A stretch of 64,000 bases of DNA from Malacoraja senta (Eukaryota), in NCBI GenBank assembly GCA_038087875.1, contig CM075993.1, positions 3,288,001 to 3,352,000 on the forward strand, read 5' to 3'. The notes under the pieces are model-generated. The model worked only from the letters and a program-made list of their open reading frames with translations. It searched no databases and had not been told where the DNA came from. The stretch's first letter is position 1. Each line of letters begins with the position of its first letter. Made by a program: the position numbers and the translations under genes. This document shows, one piece after another, positions 39,173 through 52,536 of the stretch.

Positions 39173-41802
39173 TTACTTGTCACGTGTGACAAGTCACAGT
39201 GATATTCTTTGCTCGCTTACCCAAGGTATGCAAATAGTGGCCACATGAAGGGTGCTTACAATGTTACAAAGTACCCCCTCTGTTCTCCCCCCCCCTCATG
39301 GCGGTCCCCCACGCCGGAGTGTGGGAGGAAACCAGAACACCCAGAGAAAACCCACGCAGGTCACGTGGAGAAGGTTCAAAGTCCGTACAGAGAGCACCCG
39401 TAGTCAGGATGGAACCCGGCTGTCTGGCGCTGTAAGGCAGCAACAACCGCTGAGCCACCGTGCCGAAAATGCCTCTCTGTTTTGCAAGCAATTCAGTAAA
39501 TTCAAGCAAAATATAAACACAACCATTTATATCAAGTACAGATGCATGCACTGTAGTGTAAGGGGCCTGTCCCACTTACGTGATTTTTTTCGGCGACTTG
39601 CCGGCACCCGTCATAGTCGCAGCAGGTCGCCGAAAATGTTCAACATGTTCAATACGACTCTTTGGGCGACTACTCACGGCCATACAGGCGTCACGTGTCG
39701 ACATGTCGCGGGGCGCCTTTTTCTGGTCTCCGCTGGATTTTCAACATTTTGAAAAATGTCGGCGAATTTCCTAGTGTGAGAGGGAACAGGAGATCCTGGA
39801 GAAAACCCACCCAGGTAAACGGGGAGAAGGTACAAACTCCGTACAGACAGCACCCGTAGTCAGGATCGAACCCGGGTCTCTAAGGCAGCAACTCTACCGC
39901 TGCGCCACCGTGCCGCCCCATGTATATCATACATATCATGAGGGGAATAAATAGAGTCTTTTACCCTGGTTAGCAGCATCACATAGGTTTAAGGTAAGAT
40001 CTATTCCGAGAGGCATCTTCTATTATTCAGAGGGAGTTGAGTATACGGGTTGATACGGTAGTTGAGGCAAGCATTATTAACAAAAACACTTGGACAGGTA
40101 CGTGGTTTAGAGGGACATGAGGTAAACATGGGCAAATGGGACTGGCATAGATGAATCATCTTGGCCGGCATGGAGGGGATGGGCCGAAAGGCCTGTTTCC
40201 GTGCTGTGCGACTGTGTCTCTATTCTACTGCCTCACAGCGCCGGAGACCCCGGTTCGATCCCGACTATGGGTGCTGTCCGTGGGGTTGACCTGCGTGGGG
40301 TTTTCTCCGAGATCTTCGGTTCCTTCCCGCATTCCAAAGACGTACAGATTTGTAGGTCAATTGGCTTGGTATAAGTGTAAGCGAAAGTCATAGTTAAAGT
40401 CAATTTTATTCGTCACATACACCCGAAGGTGCAGTGATATGAATTTGCCAGCAGCGATACACTGAAAAAGAACACACAATACACAATAGAATTTAACACA
40501 AACATTTCTTCACCACCCGTCTGAGCGAGATGTCCGTCGGGGAATGTTACCGACTGGACCGCTGCAGACTGCAGGAGTACGTACTGAGGGACGCACTGAA
40601 GCTCGGTGCAGCCAACGCCAAGCCTCGGTGCGGGAGGGCCACAGTCTAGGGTCCTTCCGCTGCTGGACATGGGGGCACGGTGTGGTGGAGACGCCCCTCA
40701 AAATAAGGGAAGGTATCCCACGCTAGGGGGCCACATGAGTGGCACGGGTGGGCGACTGATTCGTAAAATTTGAGCAAAGTATATAGACTGTATTGAACAA
40801 TTTGTATAGCCTCCGAAAATGTTGGATGAATTTTTCGCACGGTTCATGTATTGTGTATATTTATTACCTGAATAAAGTCTGTTTTGGAATTAAAAAAAAA
40901 AATCTTCACTGTGGTGGAAGGCAACAAAGTTCAGGGAGTCCTCCTCCTTTGTTCACCCGTGGTCAGTCCCTGGTGGAGTAGGGCAATGTTAGTGTGCGGG
41001 GATCGCTGGTCGGCACGGACACGGTGGGCCGAAGGGCCTGTTTCCATGCTGGATCTCCAAACTAAATTAAACCTTGTGACTTTTCATTTTACTTCTCTGA
41101 ATCGGCTTTCGCAAGCTGCTGCACAACGACGATAACTCGGGAAATTGTGCTGGAAATGTTCGATAATCTAACAGCTTCTGCCCGATGCATTACCTTCAGG
41201 GTGAAGGAAAAAAAACCTGGTTCGCATTCTTATTAAAGAGCTGCAATGCAAAGGGCAATTACGGACATCATAACCAGTCACGACATGTTATAAATGATTG
41301 ACCACGTGAAGCTATTTGAGGTATTACAAATGGGAGAGGTCCCGTTTCAGTTTAAGTGCATCATTACTAGAAATCTATGGGCAACACTTAGCTTCTTGCT
41401 GAGAAGGTTTAGAACTGAAGGTAGATCAGGACGAGATGAACAATTCCGAAGCAAATAATGGTTGAAACTCGCAGGGGATGAAGATCAAATTCAGAGTCGA
41501 TGGCACCAGGATATTTCACCTTGGGTTCTTTCACACCCCAGCGGATAGGACCTCTGTGGAAAGGAACTGCAGATACTGGTTTACACCGAAGAAAGGCACA
41601 AAACGCCGGGGTAACTCAGCGGAGTCAGGGGATATGGGGAGAAGGCAGGAACGGGGTACTGATTGGGGATCCCAAATCACGAGGGAAAACTGAGGCCCGG
41701 GATCTGCGGGAGATATTTTAGCAACTTCACATTTTAGTTTAGTTTAGGTTAGTTTCGAGATACGGGGCGGAAACAGGCCCTTCGGCCCGCGCCGACCAGC
41801 GA

Positions 41803-42002
41803 NNNNNNNNNNNNNNNNNNNNNNNNNNNNNNNNNNNNNNNNNNNNNNNNNNNNNNNNNNNNNNNNNNNNNNNNNNNNNNNNNNNNNNNNNNNNNNNNNN
41901 NNNNNNNNNNNNNNNNNNNNNNNNNNNNNNNNNNNNNNNNNNNNNNNNNNNNNNNNNNNNNNNNNNNNNNNNNNNNNNNNNNNNNNNNNNNNNNNNNNNN
42001 NN
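41803..42002. other. Assembly gap (200 N)
   Basis: Run of exactly 200 N. Confidence 0.99.
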
Positions 42003-44962
42003 ATGGAAACTAATAGGCTGTCAGGGAGTGCAATTGGAAGCATCAACATCAGGACAAAACCCTGCGTCTCTCACAGCTGATAAACATCTGTGCTGCCAAA
42101 TGAGGAGCAGGATGTGACTGGGAAGGCTGGCACGACCTACCGCAGTATAAGGGAAGGAACTCTTCATAGGTACACAAAAATGCTGGAGAAACTCAGCGGG
42201 TGCAGCAGCATCTATGGAGCGAAGGAAATAGGCAACGTTTCGGGCCGAAACCCTGAAGGAAATAGGCAACGTTTCGGGACGAAACCCGGGAAGGGTTTCG
42301 GGCCGAAACGTTGCCTATTTCCTTCGCTCCATAGATGCTGCTGCACCCGCTGAGTTTCTCCAGCAGGTACACAAAAATGCTGGAGAAACTCAGCGGGTGC
42401 AGCAGCATCTATGGAGCGAAGGAAATAGGCAACGTTTCGGGCCGAAACCCCTTCTTCACACCAAAACTCTTCATCCAGGAACTCTTCATGTCTGAAGGAG
42501 GGGTCTCGACCCGAAACGTCGCCCATTCCTTCTCTCCAGAGACGCTGCCCCGTCCCGCTGAGTTACTCCAGCATTTTGTGTCCATCTTGGGTTTAAACCA
42601 GCACCTGCGGTTCCTTCCTACACAAACTCTTCATGATCCACAGGGCAAGGCCAGCAGCGTAATCAAGGACCAGTCGCACCCCGGGCCACTCCCTCTTCTC
42701 CCTCTCCCATCGGGCAGAAGGTACAGAGGTGTGAAAACGCACACCTCCGGATTCAGGGGCAGTTTCTTCCCAGCTGTTATCAGGCAACTGAACAATCCTA
42801 CCACAACCAGAGAGCGGTCCTGAACTACTATCTACCTCATTGGTGACCCTTGGACTATCTTTAATCAGACTACACACTGGCCTTACCTTGCACTAAACGT
42901 TATTCCCTTATCATTTATCTTCACATAGTAAATGGCTCGATTGTAATCATGTATTGTCTTTCTGCTGAAGAGACACTGTAGGTAGGATCGTTCTGCTGTA
43001 GGTAGGCACACAAATGCACATGTGGTTTAAACCGAAGAGAGACACAAAAAGCTGGAGTAACTCAGCGGGACAGGCAGCATCTCTGGAGAGAAGGGATGGA
43101 TGTATTTACGTCCATTTAGAGCTGGAGATTGTTACAAGCTGTGATCCTGTCTCCGCAGCCCATGAAGTATATGGCCATTACCCTCACATTAGTACCACTT
43201 TGTGATTAAATCCGATGTTCTGACTTGCTTAATCTCTATAAGTCGGCAGGTTCAGCCTGGGTGGGAGTACTGCCTTAAGTCGCTGTGTTAAACTCCGTGT
43301 CAGCCAAGGTCACCCTGTATTGATTCACCCAGCGCTGAATAGTGTATGAGGGCACTTAAAATGCCGTAAGTCATAGTTTATACTTCCTGGCTTTTACCTC
43401 ATCCCACTGGCCCCGCCACTGCCGAGAGTGGATGTGGAGAGGCCAGTGGGAGAGTCCAGGGCCAGAGGTCACAGCCTCAGAATTAAAGGGTGTTCCTTTA
43501 GCAAGGAGATGAGGAGGAATTTCTTTAGTCAGAGGGTGGTGAATCTGTGGAATTCTTTGCCACTGAAGGCTGTGGAGGACAAGTCAGTGGATATTTTTCA
43601 GAAGGAGATGGATATATTCTTGATTAGTGCAGGTGTTTAAGAAGGAACTGCAGATGCTGGAAAATTGAAGGTACACAAAAGCGCTGGAGAAACTCAGCGG
43701 GTGCAGCAGCATCTTTGGAGCGAAGGAAATAGGCAACGTTTCGGGCCGAAACCCTTCTTCAGAAATATCACCTATTCCTTCTCTCCAGAGATGCTGCCTG
43801 ACCCGCTGAGTTACTCCAGCATTTTGTGTCTCTCTACAGTTTAAACCAGCATCTGCAGTTCCTTCCTACTCTTTTAACGTTCTAGGTTTGCAGGTTAATT
43901 GACCGCGGTAAATGGCCCCCGAGTGTGTAGGGAGTGGATGCGAAAATGGGATAACATAGAACTAGTGTAAATAGGTGACTGATCGTCGACATTGCCCTGA
44001 TGGGCCGAAGGGCCTGTTTCCATGCTGTATCTTTAAAACTAAACATTTAAAACTCGACCCAAAGTAAAGTATTGGACGGACTTTTCGGATTTGGAGGTCA
44101 CTTAGGATTCTACGACCATCTGTGGACGTTGCCTATTTCCTTCGCTCCATAGATGCTTTTGATTAGTACGGGTGTCAGGGGTTATGGGGAGAAGGCAGGA
44201 GAATGGGGTTGAGGGAAAGATAGATCAGCCATGATTGAATGGTGGAGTAGACTTGATGGGCTGAATGGCCTAATTCTGCTCCTATCACTTACGAACATAT
44301 AACACAAGTACTTGGTAGGCATAAAACGCTGGAGGAACTCAGCGGGTGAGGCAGCATCTATGGAGAGAAGGAATTGGCCATCTTTCGGGGTCGAGACCCT
44401 TCTGTCCGAAACGTAGCCAATTCCTTCGCTCCATAGATGCTGCCTCACCCGCTGAGTTCCTCCAGCATTTTTGTGCCTGCCTTAGATTTTACCCGCAGTT
44501 TGTAAGCAGTTCTTTCTTCAACACAAGTGTTTTAGTCAAGTCAAGTTTATTCGTCACATACACATACGAGATGTGCAGTGAAATGAAAAGTGGCAATGCT
44601 CGCGAATTGTGCAAAAAAACAAACAAACTACAAACAGAATGGAACAGAATCACATATTCTTTTACATATTACATATTGTGGACGGAATGAAAAAGGAAAA
44701 AAAAAAAACTGCAATAAAAAAAACCAGTAGATTGGTTCAGTGAAGTTAGTCCCTGATGTTTACAATCCTAATGGCCTCTGGGAAGAAACTCCTTCTCAAC
44801 CTCTCCGTTCTCACAGCATGGCAACGGAGGCGTCTGCCTGACCGTAGCGGCTGGAACAGTCCGTTGCTGGGGTGGAAGGGGTCCCCCATGACCTTTGTGT
44901 TTTAACAGTAACTCACTGATGGACCAAACCCCCCCCCCCCCCCCCCCTCTTGTCTTTTGCAG

Positions 44963-45146
44963 GAACCCCAGTGAACAGGATTCCCATCATGGCCAAGCAA
45001 GTGTTGGACCTGTACATGTTGTACAAACTGGTGACGGAGAAGGGGGGTCTGGTGGAAGTCATCAACAAGAAGATCTGGCGGGAAATCACGAAGGGTCTGA
45101 ACCTACCTACCTCAATTACCAGCGCAGCCTTTACACTCAGGACACA
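44963..45146 (+). CDS. ARID3B: ARID3B internal coding exon (ARID/Bright DNA-binding domain), 184 nt
   Basis: Acceptor tcttttgcAG|GA and donor ACA CA|GTGAGT. Encodes (G)TPVNRIPIMAKQVLDLYMLYKLVTEKGGLVEVINKKIWREITKGLNLPTSITSAAFTLRT(Q), the ARID3-family ARID core; YMLYKL and KKIW match ARID3B. Confidence 0.96.
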
Positions 45147-45314
45147 GTGAGTGCCCGCGGACGCAGGCAATAGACAATAGACAATAGGTGCCGGGTTCGG
45201 CCATCCGGCCCTTCGAGCCAGCACCGCCATCCACTGTGATCGTGGCTGATCATCCCCAATCAGTACCAGTAGCCCACCCTGAGTCCCATTACATGCCCAA
45301 TGAACCCACTCATA

Positions 45315-46024
45315 GATACATAGATACATAGAAAATAGGTGCAGGAGTAGGCCATTCGGCCCTTCGAGCCTGCACCGCCATTCAATATGATCATGGCTGA
45401 TCATCCAACTCAGTATCGCGTACCTGCCTTCTCTCCATACCCCCTGATCCCTTTAGCCACAAGGGCCACATCTAACTCCCTCTTAAATATAGCCAATGAA
45501 CTGGCCTCAACTACCCTCTGTGGCAGAGAGTTCCAGAGATTCACCACTCTCTGTGTGAAAACGTTTTTCCTCATCTCGGTCTTAAAGGATTTCCCCCTTA
45601 TCCTTAAGCTGTGACCCCTTGTCCTGGACTTCCCCAACATCGGGAACAATCTTCCTGCATCTAGCCTGTCCAACCCCATAAGAATTTTGTACGTTTCTAT
45701 AAGATCCCCTCTCAATCTCCTAAATTCTGGCGAGTATAAGCCAAGTCTATCCAGTCTTTCTTCATATGAAAGTCCTGACATCCCAGGAATCAGTCTGGTG
45801 AACCTTCTTTGCACTCCCTCTATGGCTATAATGTCCTTCCTCAGATTTGGAGACCAAAACTGTACGCAATACTCCAGGTGTGGTCTCACCAAGACCCTGT
45901 ACAACTGCAGTAGAACCTCCCTGCTCCTATACTCAAATCCTCTTGCTATGAAGGCCAACATACCATTCGCTTTCTTCACTGCCTGCTGCACCTGCATGCC
46001 TACTTTCAATGACTGGTGTACCAC
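45315..46024 (-). mobile_element. CR1 LINE 3' fragment with intact 204-aa ORF2 C-terminus, inside an ARID3B intron
   Basis: [14 protein letters not shown]...[14 protein letters not shown]...RTRGHSLRI...RVVNLWNSLP with no stops. Confidence 0.93.
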
Positions 46025-47319
46025 TCAATAGACAATAGGTGCAGGAGTAGGCCATTCGGCCCTTCGAGCCAGCACCGCCATTCAATGTGATCATGGCTGA
46101 TCATCCTCAATCAGTACCCCGTTCCTGCCTTCTCCCCATATCCCTGACTCCGCTATCTTTAAGAGCCCTATCTAGCTCTCTCGTGAAAGCATCCAGAGAA
46201 CCTGCCTCCACCGCCCTCTGAGGCAGAGAATTCCACAGACTCACCACTCTCTGTGAGAAAAAGTGTTTCCTCGTCTCCGTTGTAAATGGCTTACCCCTTA
46301 TTCTTAAACTGTGTGTGGCCCCTGGTTCTGGACTCCCCCAACATCGGGAACATGTTTCCTGCCTCTAGAGTGTCCAAGCCCTTAACAATCTTATATGTTT
46401 CAATGGACAATAGGTGCAGGAGTAGGCCATTCGGCCCTTCGAGCCAGCACCGCCATTCAATGTGATATGGCTGATCATCCCATACAAACCATTCAGTGAA
46501 AGCAAGTGGTGCCTAGAAACATAGACAATGTTTTTCTCCGGCGAGAAGGAATGGGAAGAAGGGTTCCTTCCCTCCAGAGATGCCGCCTGTCCCACTGAGT
46601 TACTCCACCATTTTGTGTCTGGCACCACAACCTTGTTGAGATATGTGGCCCCGAAACTGCTCACAAAAGAAAAAATCTGAAACAGGGTCCAAAACTGTTG
46701 TTATGGAAACATAGAAAGTAGGTGCAGGAGGAGTCCATTCGGCCCTTCGAGCCAGCACCGCCATTCAATATGATCGTGGCTGATCATCCAGAATCAGTAT
46801 CCTGCTTTCTCCCCATATCCCTTGATTCCGTTAGCCCTAAGAGCTAAATCTTACTCCGATATCTAACAGCTTTGTCTAACTCTTCAGCACAGCCAGGAGA
46901 GCTGCACCCTCACAGCGCCAGAGACCCGGGTTCGATCCTGACCTCGGGTGCTGTCTACGTGGAGTTTGCACGTTCTCCCCGTGACCACCTGGATTTCCTC
47001 CGGGTGGTCCTCTGTAAATTGCCCCTAGTGTGCAGGGAGTGGATGAGAACGGACTCAAACCTCTCAGTGAAAGTAGGCGGCACCTAGAAACATAGAAAGT
47101 AGGTGCAGGAGTAGGCCATTCGGCCCTTCGAGACAGCACCGCCATTCAATATGATCATGGCTAATCATCCAAAATCAGTACCCCGTTCCTGCTTTTTCCC
47201 CATATCCCTTGATTCCGTTAGCCCCCAGGGGCTAAATCTAACTCTCTGTTGAAAACATCCAGTGAATTGGCCTCCACTGCCCTTTGTGACAGAGAATTCC
47301 ACATGTATTCGAATACATG

Positions 47320-47630
47320 TCACGGTGGAGCAGCGGTAGAGTTGCTGCCTTACAGCGAATGCAAGGCCGGAGACCCGGGTTCGATCCCGACTACGGGTGC
47401 TGTCTGTACGGAGTTTGTACGTTCTCCCCGTGGGTTTCCTCCGAGATCTTCGGTTTCCCCCCACACTCCAGAGACGTGCAGGCTTGTAGGTTAATTGGCT
47501 TGGTGTAAATGTAAAAAATTGTCCCTAGTGGGCGTAGAGGATCGTGTTAGTGTGCGGGGGGATCGCTGGTCGGCGCGGACCCGGTGGGCCGAAGGGCCTG
47601 TTTCCGCGCTGTATCTCGAAACTGAACTAA
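47320..47630 (+). mobile_element. HE1-like V-SINE, ending about 50 bp upstream of an exon acceptor
   Basis: Head, V-domain and tail all present. Confidence 0.88.
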
Positions 47631-47679
47631 AATATGATGCGGGGAAGCGTGTAATGGGTGTGTTTTTGGCTGCTTGCAG

Positions 47680-47924
47680 ATACATGAAATACCTCTACCC
47701 CTACGAATGTGAAAAACAATCGCTCAGCTCGCCTGCCGAGCTCCAGGCGGCCATCGACAGCAACCGGCGGGAGGGCAGGAGGCCCAGCTACAGCTCCGCT
47801 CTCTTTGGCTACTCGCCGAGCTCGGCCCCCGGCCTCCTCTCCCCCCCCAAGCTCCACCTGTCCTCCATGAATGTTTCCTCCAGCAACGGTGCCCATCTCT
47901 CGCCCGGCCACATCATCAAGAAAG
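47680..47924 (+). CDS. ARID3B: ARID3B coding exon (end of ARID, extended ARID region), 245 nt
   Basis: Acceptor gcttgcAG|A and donor AAAG|GTAACA; frame continues from the previous exon (CA|A = Gln). Encodes YMKYLYPYECEKQSLSSPAELQAAIDSNRREGRRPSYSSALFGYSP...IIKK; SSPAELQ and RRPSYSS-LFGYSP are ARID3B-like. Confidence 0.95.
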
Positions 47925-48692
47925 GTAACAGCTGTGTTCCTCCGTGCTTGCTCTTCCCGTCTCGCTTTCCCCCCCCCCCCCAACCACCCAGCTCCACAGC
48001 CCTCCAACCGGGAGTAAGGAATGGGATGTGCGGGAAGGAAGTGTGCAGATACTGGTTCAAACCGAAGAGAGACACAAACTGCTGGAGTAACTCAGCGGGG
48101 CAGGCAGCATCTCTGGAGAGAAGGAATGGGTGACGTTTCGGGTCGAGACCCTTCTTCAGACTGAGTAACCTTTGCTTTCTGTAGGGCCGTCATTTGCGTG
48201 TAATTTACGCGACATCATTTACGCGCCACGACGCACGCGTGGTACGCATTGCACGCGATGACATAGGCAGTGACCCGCGCCAGGATTTTGTGATGTACAA
48301 AATCTTCGCGTGCCATCTGCGTGACGCGCAAATGACGGCCAAGTGGGACAGGCCCTTTCCCCTCTCTCTCCGTCCTTCCCCAACCTAGTTCTCCGACTAG
48401 TTTCACCCCCCCCCCAGCTTTTTCTGGTTGTGTGCCTCGTTGTCACCCCCCCACCCCCCCCACACACCCAGCTAGCAATGAACCATTCAACATTTCGTTG
48501 ACACCGTCTGCTTTGATCTGTCTTCTTCACACCTTGCCTTTCCCTATCTCTAGTCTCCCTCGTCCCCGACTCTCCCCCGACTCTCAGTCTGAAGAATGGT
48601 CTCGACCCGAAACGTCACCCGTTCCTTCTCTCCAGAGATGCTGCCTGTCCCGCTGAGTTACTCCGGCATTTTGAGTCTGTCCACGTGAGGGA

Positions 48693-49756
48693 TTGAATGT
48701 CGTACACCTAGATTTTCAGAGAGCCTTTGATAAGGTGCCGCAGATGAGGCTGCTGAGGAAGATGAGAGCCCATGGTACCAAAGGGCAGGTACTAGCATGG
48801 ATAGCAGGTTGGCTGGATGGCAGAAGGCAAAGCGTGGCAATAAAGGGGCAATACAGACTGTCATATGAGGAAAGATTGAAAAGACTAGGCTTGTATCCAC
48901 TGGAGTTTAGAAGGATGAGGGGGATCTTATAGAAACATATAAAATTATAAAAGGACTGGACAAGCTAGATGCAGGAAAAAAATGTTCCCAATGTTGGGCG
49001 AGTCCAGAACCAGGGGCCACAGTCTTAGAATAAAGGGGAGGCCATTTAGGACAGGTGAGAAAAACGTTTTCACCCAGAGAGTTGTGAATTTGTGGAATTC
49101 CCTGCCACAGAGGGCAGCGGAGGCCAAGTCACTGGATGGATTTAAGAGAGAGTTAGATAGAGCTCTAGGGGCTAGTGGAGTCCAGGGAAATGGGGAGAAG
49201 GCAGGCACGGGTTATTGATTGGGGACGATCAGCCATGATCACAATGAATGGTGGTGCTGGCTCGAAGGGCCGAATGGCCTCCTCCTGCACCTATTTTCTA
49301 CGCTTCTATGTAAAGGGGGCTTTTTGGGTTGGCTGGCAGTGACTAGCCGAGTTCCGCAGGGGTCGTTGCTGGGGCCGCTACTCTTCACGTTGTATATTAA
49401 TGATTTGGACGAGGGGATTGAAGGCTTGGTGGCCAAGTTTGCGGATGATCCGAAAGTAGGTGGAGGGGCAGGTAGTGTAGAGAGAGCGGGGACTCTGCAG
49501 AAAGATTTGGACAGGTTGGGAGAGTGGGCAGAGAAATGGCTGATGGAATATAGTGTAGCAAAGTGTGGAGTCGTGCATTTTGGTAGCCGGAATAAAGGCG
49601 TAGATTATTTTCTAAGTGTGGGAGAGAGAATCCGAAAATCGGAAGTGCAAGATTCGGACTTCGGAGTGCGGGTGCAGGATTCCCCCAAAAAAAGTTAATG
49701 TGCATGTTGAATCGTTAGTAAAGAAAGCAAACTCAATACGAGCATTCATTTCAAGA
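48693..49756 (+). mobile_element. CR1 RT-domain fragment interrupted by another CR1 3' fragment (about 48855-49310)
   Basis: VVHLDFQRAFDKVP...WLDGRRQSV [insert] VTSRVPQGSLLGPLLFTLYINDLDEG...KFADD; TAAAGGGG(G)C duplicated at both sides of the insert. Confidence 0.88.
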
Positions 49757-49803
49757 GATGGCTGTGTCAATGGATATTTTTAAGGCAGAGATAGATAAAG
49801 CAT

Positions 49804-50082
49804 TTCCCCCTCTCTCCCCTCTCCCCACTCGCCCTCTCTCCCTCTCTCTCTCCCTCCCTCCCCCCTCTCTCCCACACTCCCTCTCTCTCCCACACTCTCT
49901 CTCTCCCTCCCTTCCCCCCTCTCACCCTCACTCCCCTCCTCTCTCCCCACTCGCTCGCCCCCACCTCTCCCACACCCACCTCCCTCCCTCCCCCTCTCCC
50001 CCTCCCCTTCTTCCTCCCTCTCTCCCTTCCTCTCTCTCCCTATCTACCCCCCCCTCTCTCCCCCTCCCTCCATTGCCCCTCC
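49804..50082. repeat. Polypyrimidine (C/T-rich) low-complexity tract
   Basis: About 280 bp almost entirely C and T on the + strand. Confidence 0.9.
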
Positions 50083-50122
50083 ATGTGTGAGTGCTACTGG
50101 GCTGAGTGTGAGCTGTGCAGAG

Positions 50123-50563
50123 CCACTCCCAAATACGGGACAAAAGGTCAAAATAAGGGACAAATTCCCGACGGCAATTCGTTGACCGATTCGGCCTTGG
50201 CTGGGTGGGTGAATGATGATGAAGTCCGGCGCACCGTCCAACTCATGAACCGATGATCGGCCGTGAGAAGGAGGGGTGGTGGTGGTGTTGGCGATAAGCG
50301 AAGGTCGGAAGGTCGGACGGATGGCCGGGCTGCCGACCGACCGACGGGCCCACGGGCGAGGCGCTGCTGCTGCTGCTGCACTCCACGGGCTGCACTACGT
50401 CGGGGGACGGGTGAGGCGGGGGCCGGACGCGGCGCTCCGACCCGACCCGACAGTCCCCTCGACCCGAGTAGCAGCGGTCAAATACGGGACAATGGACGGT
50501 CCCGTACGATTTCGCCCAATATACGGGATGTCCCGGCTAATACGGGACTGTTGGCGACCCCTA
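50123..50563. mobile_element. hAT-like non-autonomous element remnant, CpG-rich
   Basis: Repeated subterminal ATACGGGA(C) motifs and right end TTGGCGACCCCTA (reverse complement TAGGGGTCGCCAA, similar to hAT termini); left TIR not found. Confidence 0.55.
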
Positions 50564-50618
50564 AGTGCAGTGCTGACCTGGCCCCCGGGCCTGTGTTCTG
50601 TCTCTCTCCACCACCCAG

Positions 50619-50867
50619 AGGATGGTTTGGCCAGCTGCTCCCTGGGCCCCGGCCGTATCCACATCCCGTTCACGCTGGGCGGCCACCACTCGGGGCTTCC
50701 CATCACCCTGGAGCAGCTGAGAGACAAGCTGGAGAGCGGAGAGCCTCCGGACAAGAGGGTGGCACGAATCTCGGAGGACCAGCAACGCCTGATGCAACAG
50801 GCCCTGCAGCACAACCTCTTCGCCATGGCCACCCACATGCCCATGAGCATCAAGATCAACGGCAAAG
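50619..50867 (+). CDS. ARID3B: ARID3B coding exon (REKLES-alpha region), 249 nt
   Basis: Acceptor ccacccAG|AG and donor AAAG|GTAGGC. In frame: (E)DGLASCSLGPGRIHIPFTLGGHHSGLPITLEQLRDKLESGEPPDKRVARISEDQQRLMQQALQHNLFAMATHMPMSIKINGK. Confidence 0.93.
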
Positions 50868-51185
50868 GTAGGCCCCGGCTTCAGTTTAGTCTGGAGACAC
50901 AGCGCGGAAACAGGCCCTTCGGCCCACCCAGTCCGCGCCGACCAGCGATCCCCGCACACTAACACTACCCTACGCCACACACACCATGTTCTCCAGAGAT
51001 GTCCCCTGTCCTGCTGACTTACTCCGGCTTTTTGTGTCCACGGTTTAAACTAGCATCCGCAGGTCCTAAAGTTAATCAGCTTGGGTTGTATCCTTGGTAT
51101 AAGTGTAAATGTTTAAGAGGGAACTGCAGATGCTGGAAAAATCGAAGGTAGACAAAAATGCTGGAGGAACTCAGCGGGTGAGGCA

Positions 51186-51573
51186 GCATCTATGGAGCGA
51201 AGGAATAGGTAACGTTTCCGGTCGAGACCAGGAAGCATCTATGGAGCGAAGGAATAGGTGACGTTTCGGGTCGAGACCAGGAAGCATCTATGGAGCGAAG
51301 GAATAGGTGACGTTTCCGGTCGAGACCAGGAAGCATCTATGGAGCGAAGGAATAGGTGACGTTTCGGGTCGAGACCAGGAAGCATCTATGGAGCGAAGGA
51401 ATAGGTGACGTTTCCGGTCGAGACCAGGAAGCATCTATGGAGCGAAGGAATAGGTGACGTTTCGGGTCGAGACCAGGAAGCATCTATGGAGCGAAGGAAT
51501 AGGTGACGTTTCCGGTCGAGACCAGGAAGCATCTATGGAGTGAAGGAATAGGTGACGTTTCGGGTCGAGACCC
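51186..51573 (-). repeat. Eight tandem 49-bp Penelope-derived units forming a 98-bp higher-order repeat
   Basis: Units start at 51186, 51235, 51284, 51333, 51382, 51431, 51480 and 51529; TTTCCGG and TTTCGGG alternate strictly. Confidence 0.93.
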
Positions 51574-52536
51574 TTCCGGGTCTCGACCCGAAACGTCACC
51601 TATTCCTTCGCTCCATAGATGCTGCCTCACCCGCTGAGTTCCTCCAGCATTTTTGGTATAAGTGCTAGATAAGTCTAAATTGTCCCCCTGCGTGTGTGTG
51701 TGTGTGTGTAGGATGGTGTTAGTGTGCGGGGATCGCTGGTCAGCGCGGGCTCGATGGGCCGAAGGGCCTGTTTCCGCGCTGTATCTAAAAGAAACGAAAT
51801 TAAACTGCAAACTGAATGTGCAGGATTGTCAACTGAGGTCAAGGAGTAGATGTGGCCAAAATCCAAAAGGCAGGGCAAGCATGGCCATTGAGAATGTGAA
51901 TATGATTTATAAAAAGCTTCATGGCTGCAGGTCAGGTTGTTCAGTTGTACATTGGGGAATGAGAGTTGGTGTTGTAATTGGCAGAAGTCCAAAGAGTTTA
52001 GTTTTAATTGTGTTGTTACAGCAATAGGTTCATGGCCGTTTACCCACTTGAAACTTTCTGCCGATGATACAGTCAAAGGTTCAGGCAGGGACGCACAGAG
52101 AAACCCTTCCACAGATGCGCCGTAGAAAGCATTTTATCAATAGACAATAGACAATAGACAATAGGTGCAGGAGTAGGCCATTCGGCCCTTCAAGCCAGCA
52201 CCGCCATTCAATGTGATCATGGCTGATCATCCCCAATCAGTACCTCGTTCCTGCCTTCTCCCCATATCCCCTGACTCCGCTATCTTTAAGAGCCCTATCT
52301 AGCTCTCTGTTGAAAGCATCCAGAGAACCGGCCTCCACCGCCCTCTGAGGCAGAGAATTCCACACTCACAACTCTCTGTGAGAAAAAGTGTTTCCTCGTC
52401 TCCGTTCTAAATGGCTTACTCCTTATTCTGTGGCCACTGGTTCTGGACTCCCCCAACATCGGGAACATGTTTCCTGCCTCTAGCGTGTCCAAGCCCTTAA
52501 CAATCTTATATGTTTCAATGAGATCCCCGCTCATCC

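Noticed and set aside
47495..48133. 212-aa and 228-aa ORFs (also 50276-50962) as single-exon genes
   Set aside because: They are ARID3B exons read through into flanking intronic SINE or hAT sequence.
51186..51573. CRISPR-like regular array
   Set aside because: Units are contiguous with no unique spacers, derive from the Penelope pLTR, and the context is eukaryotic.
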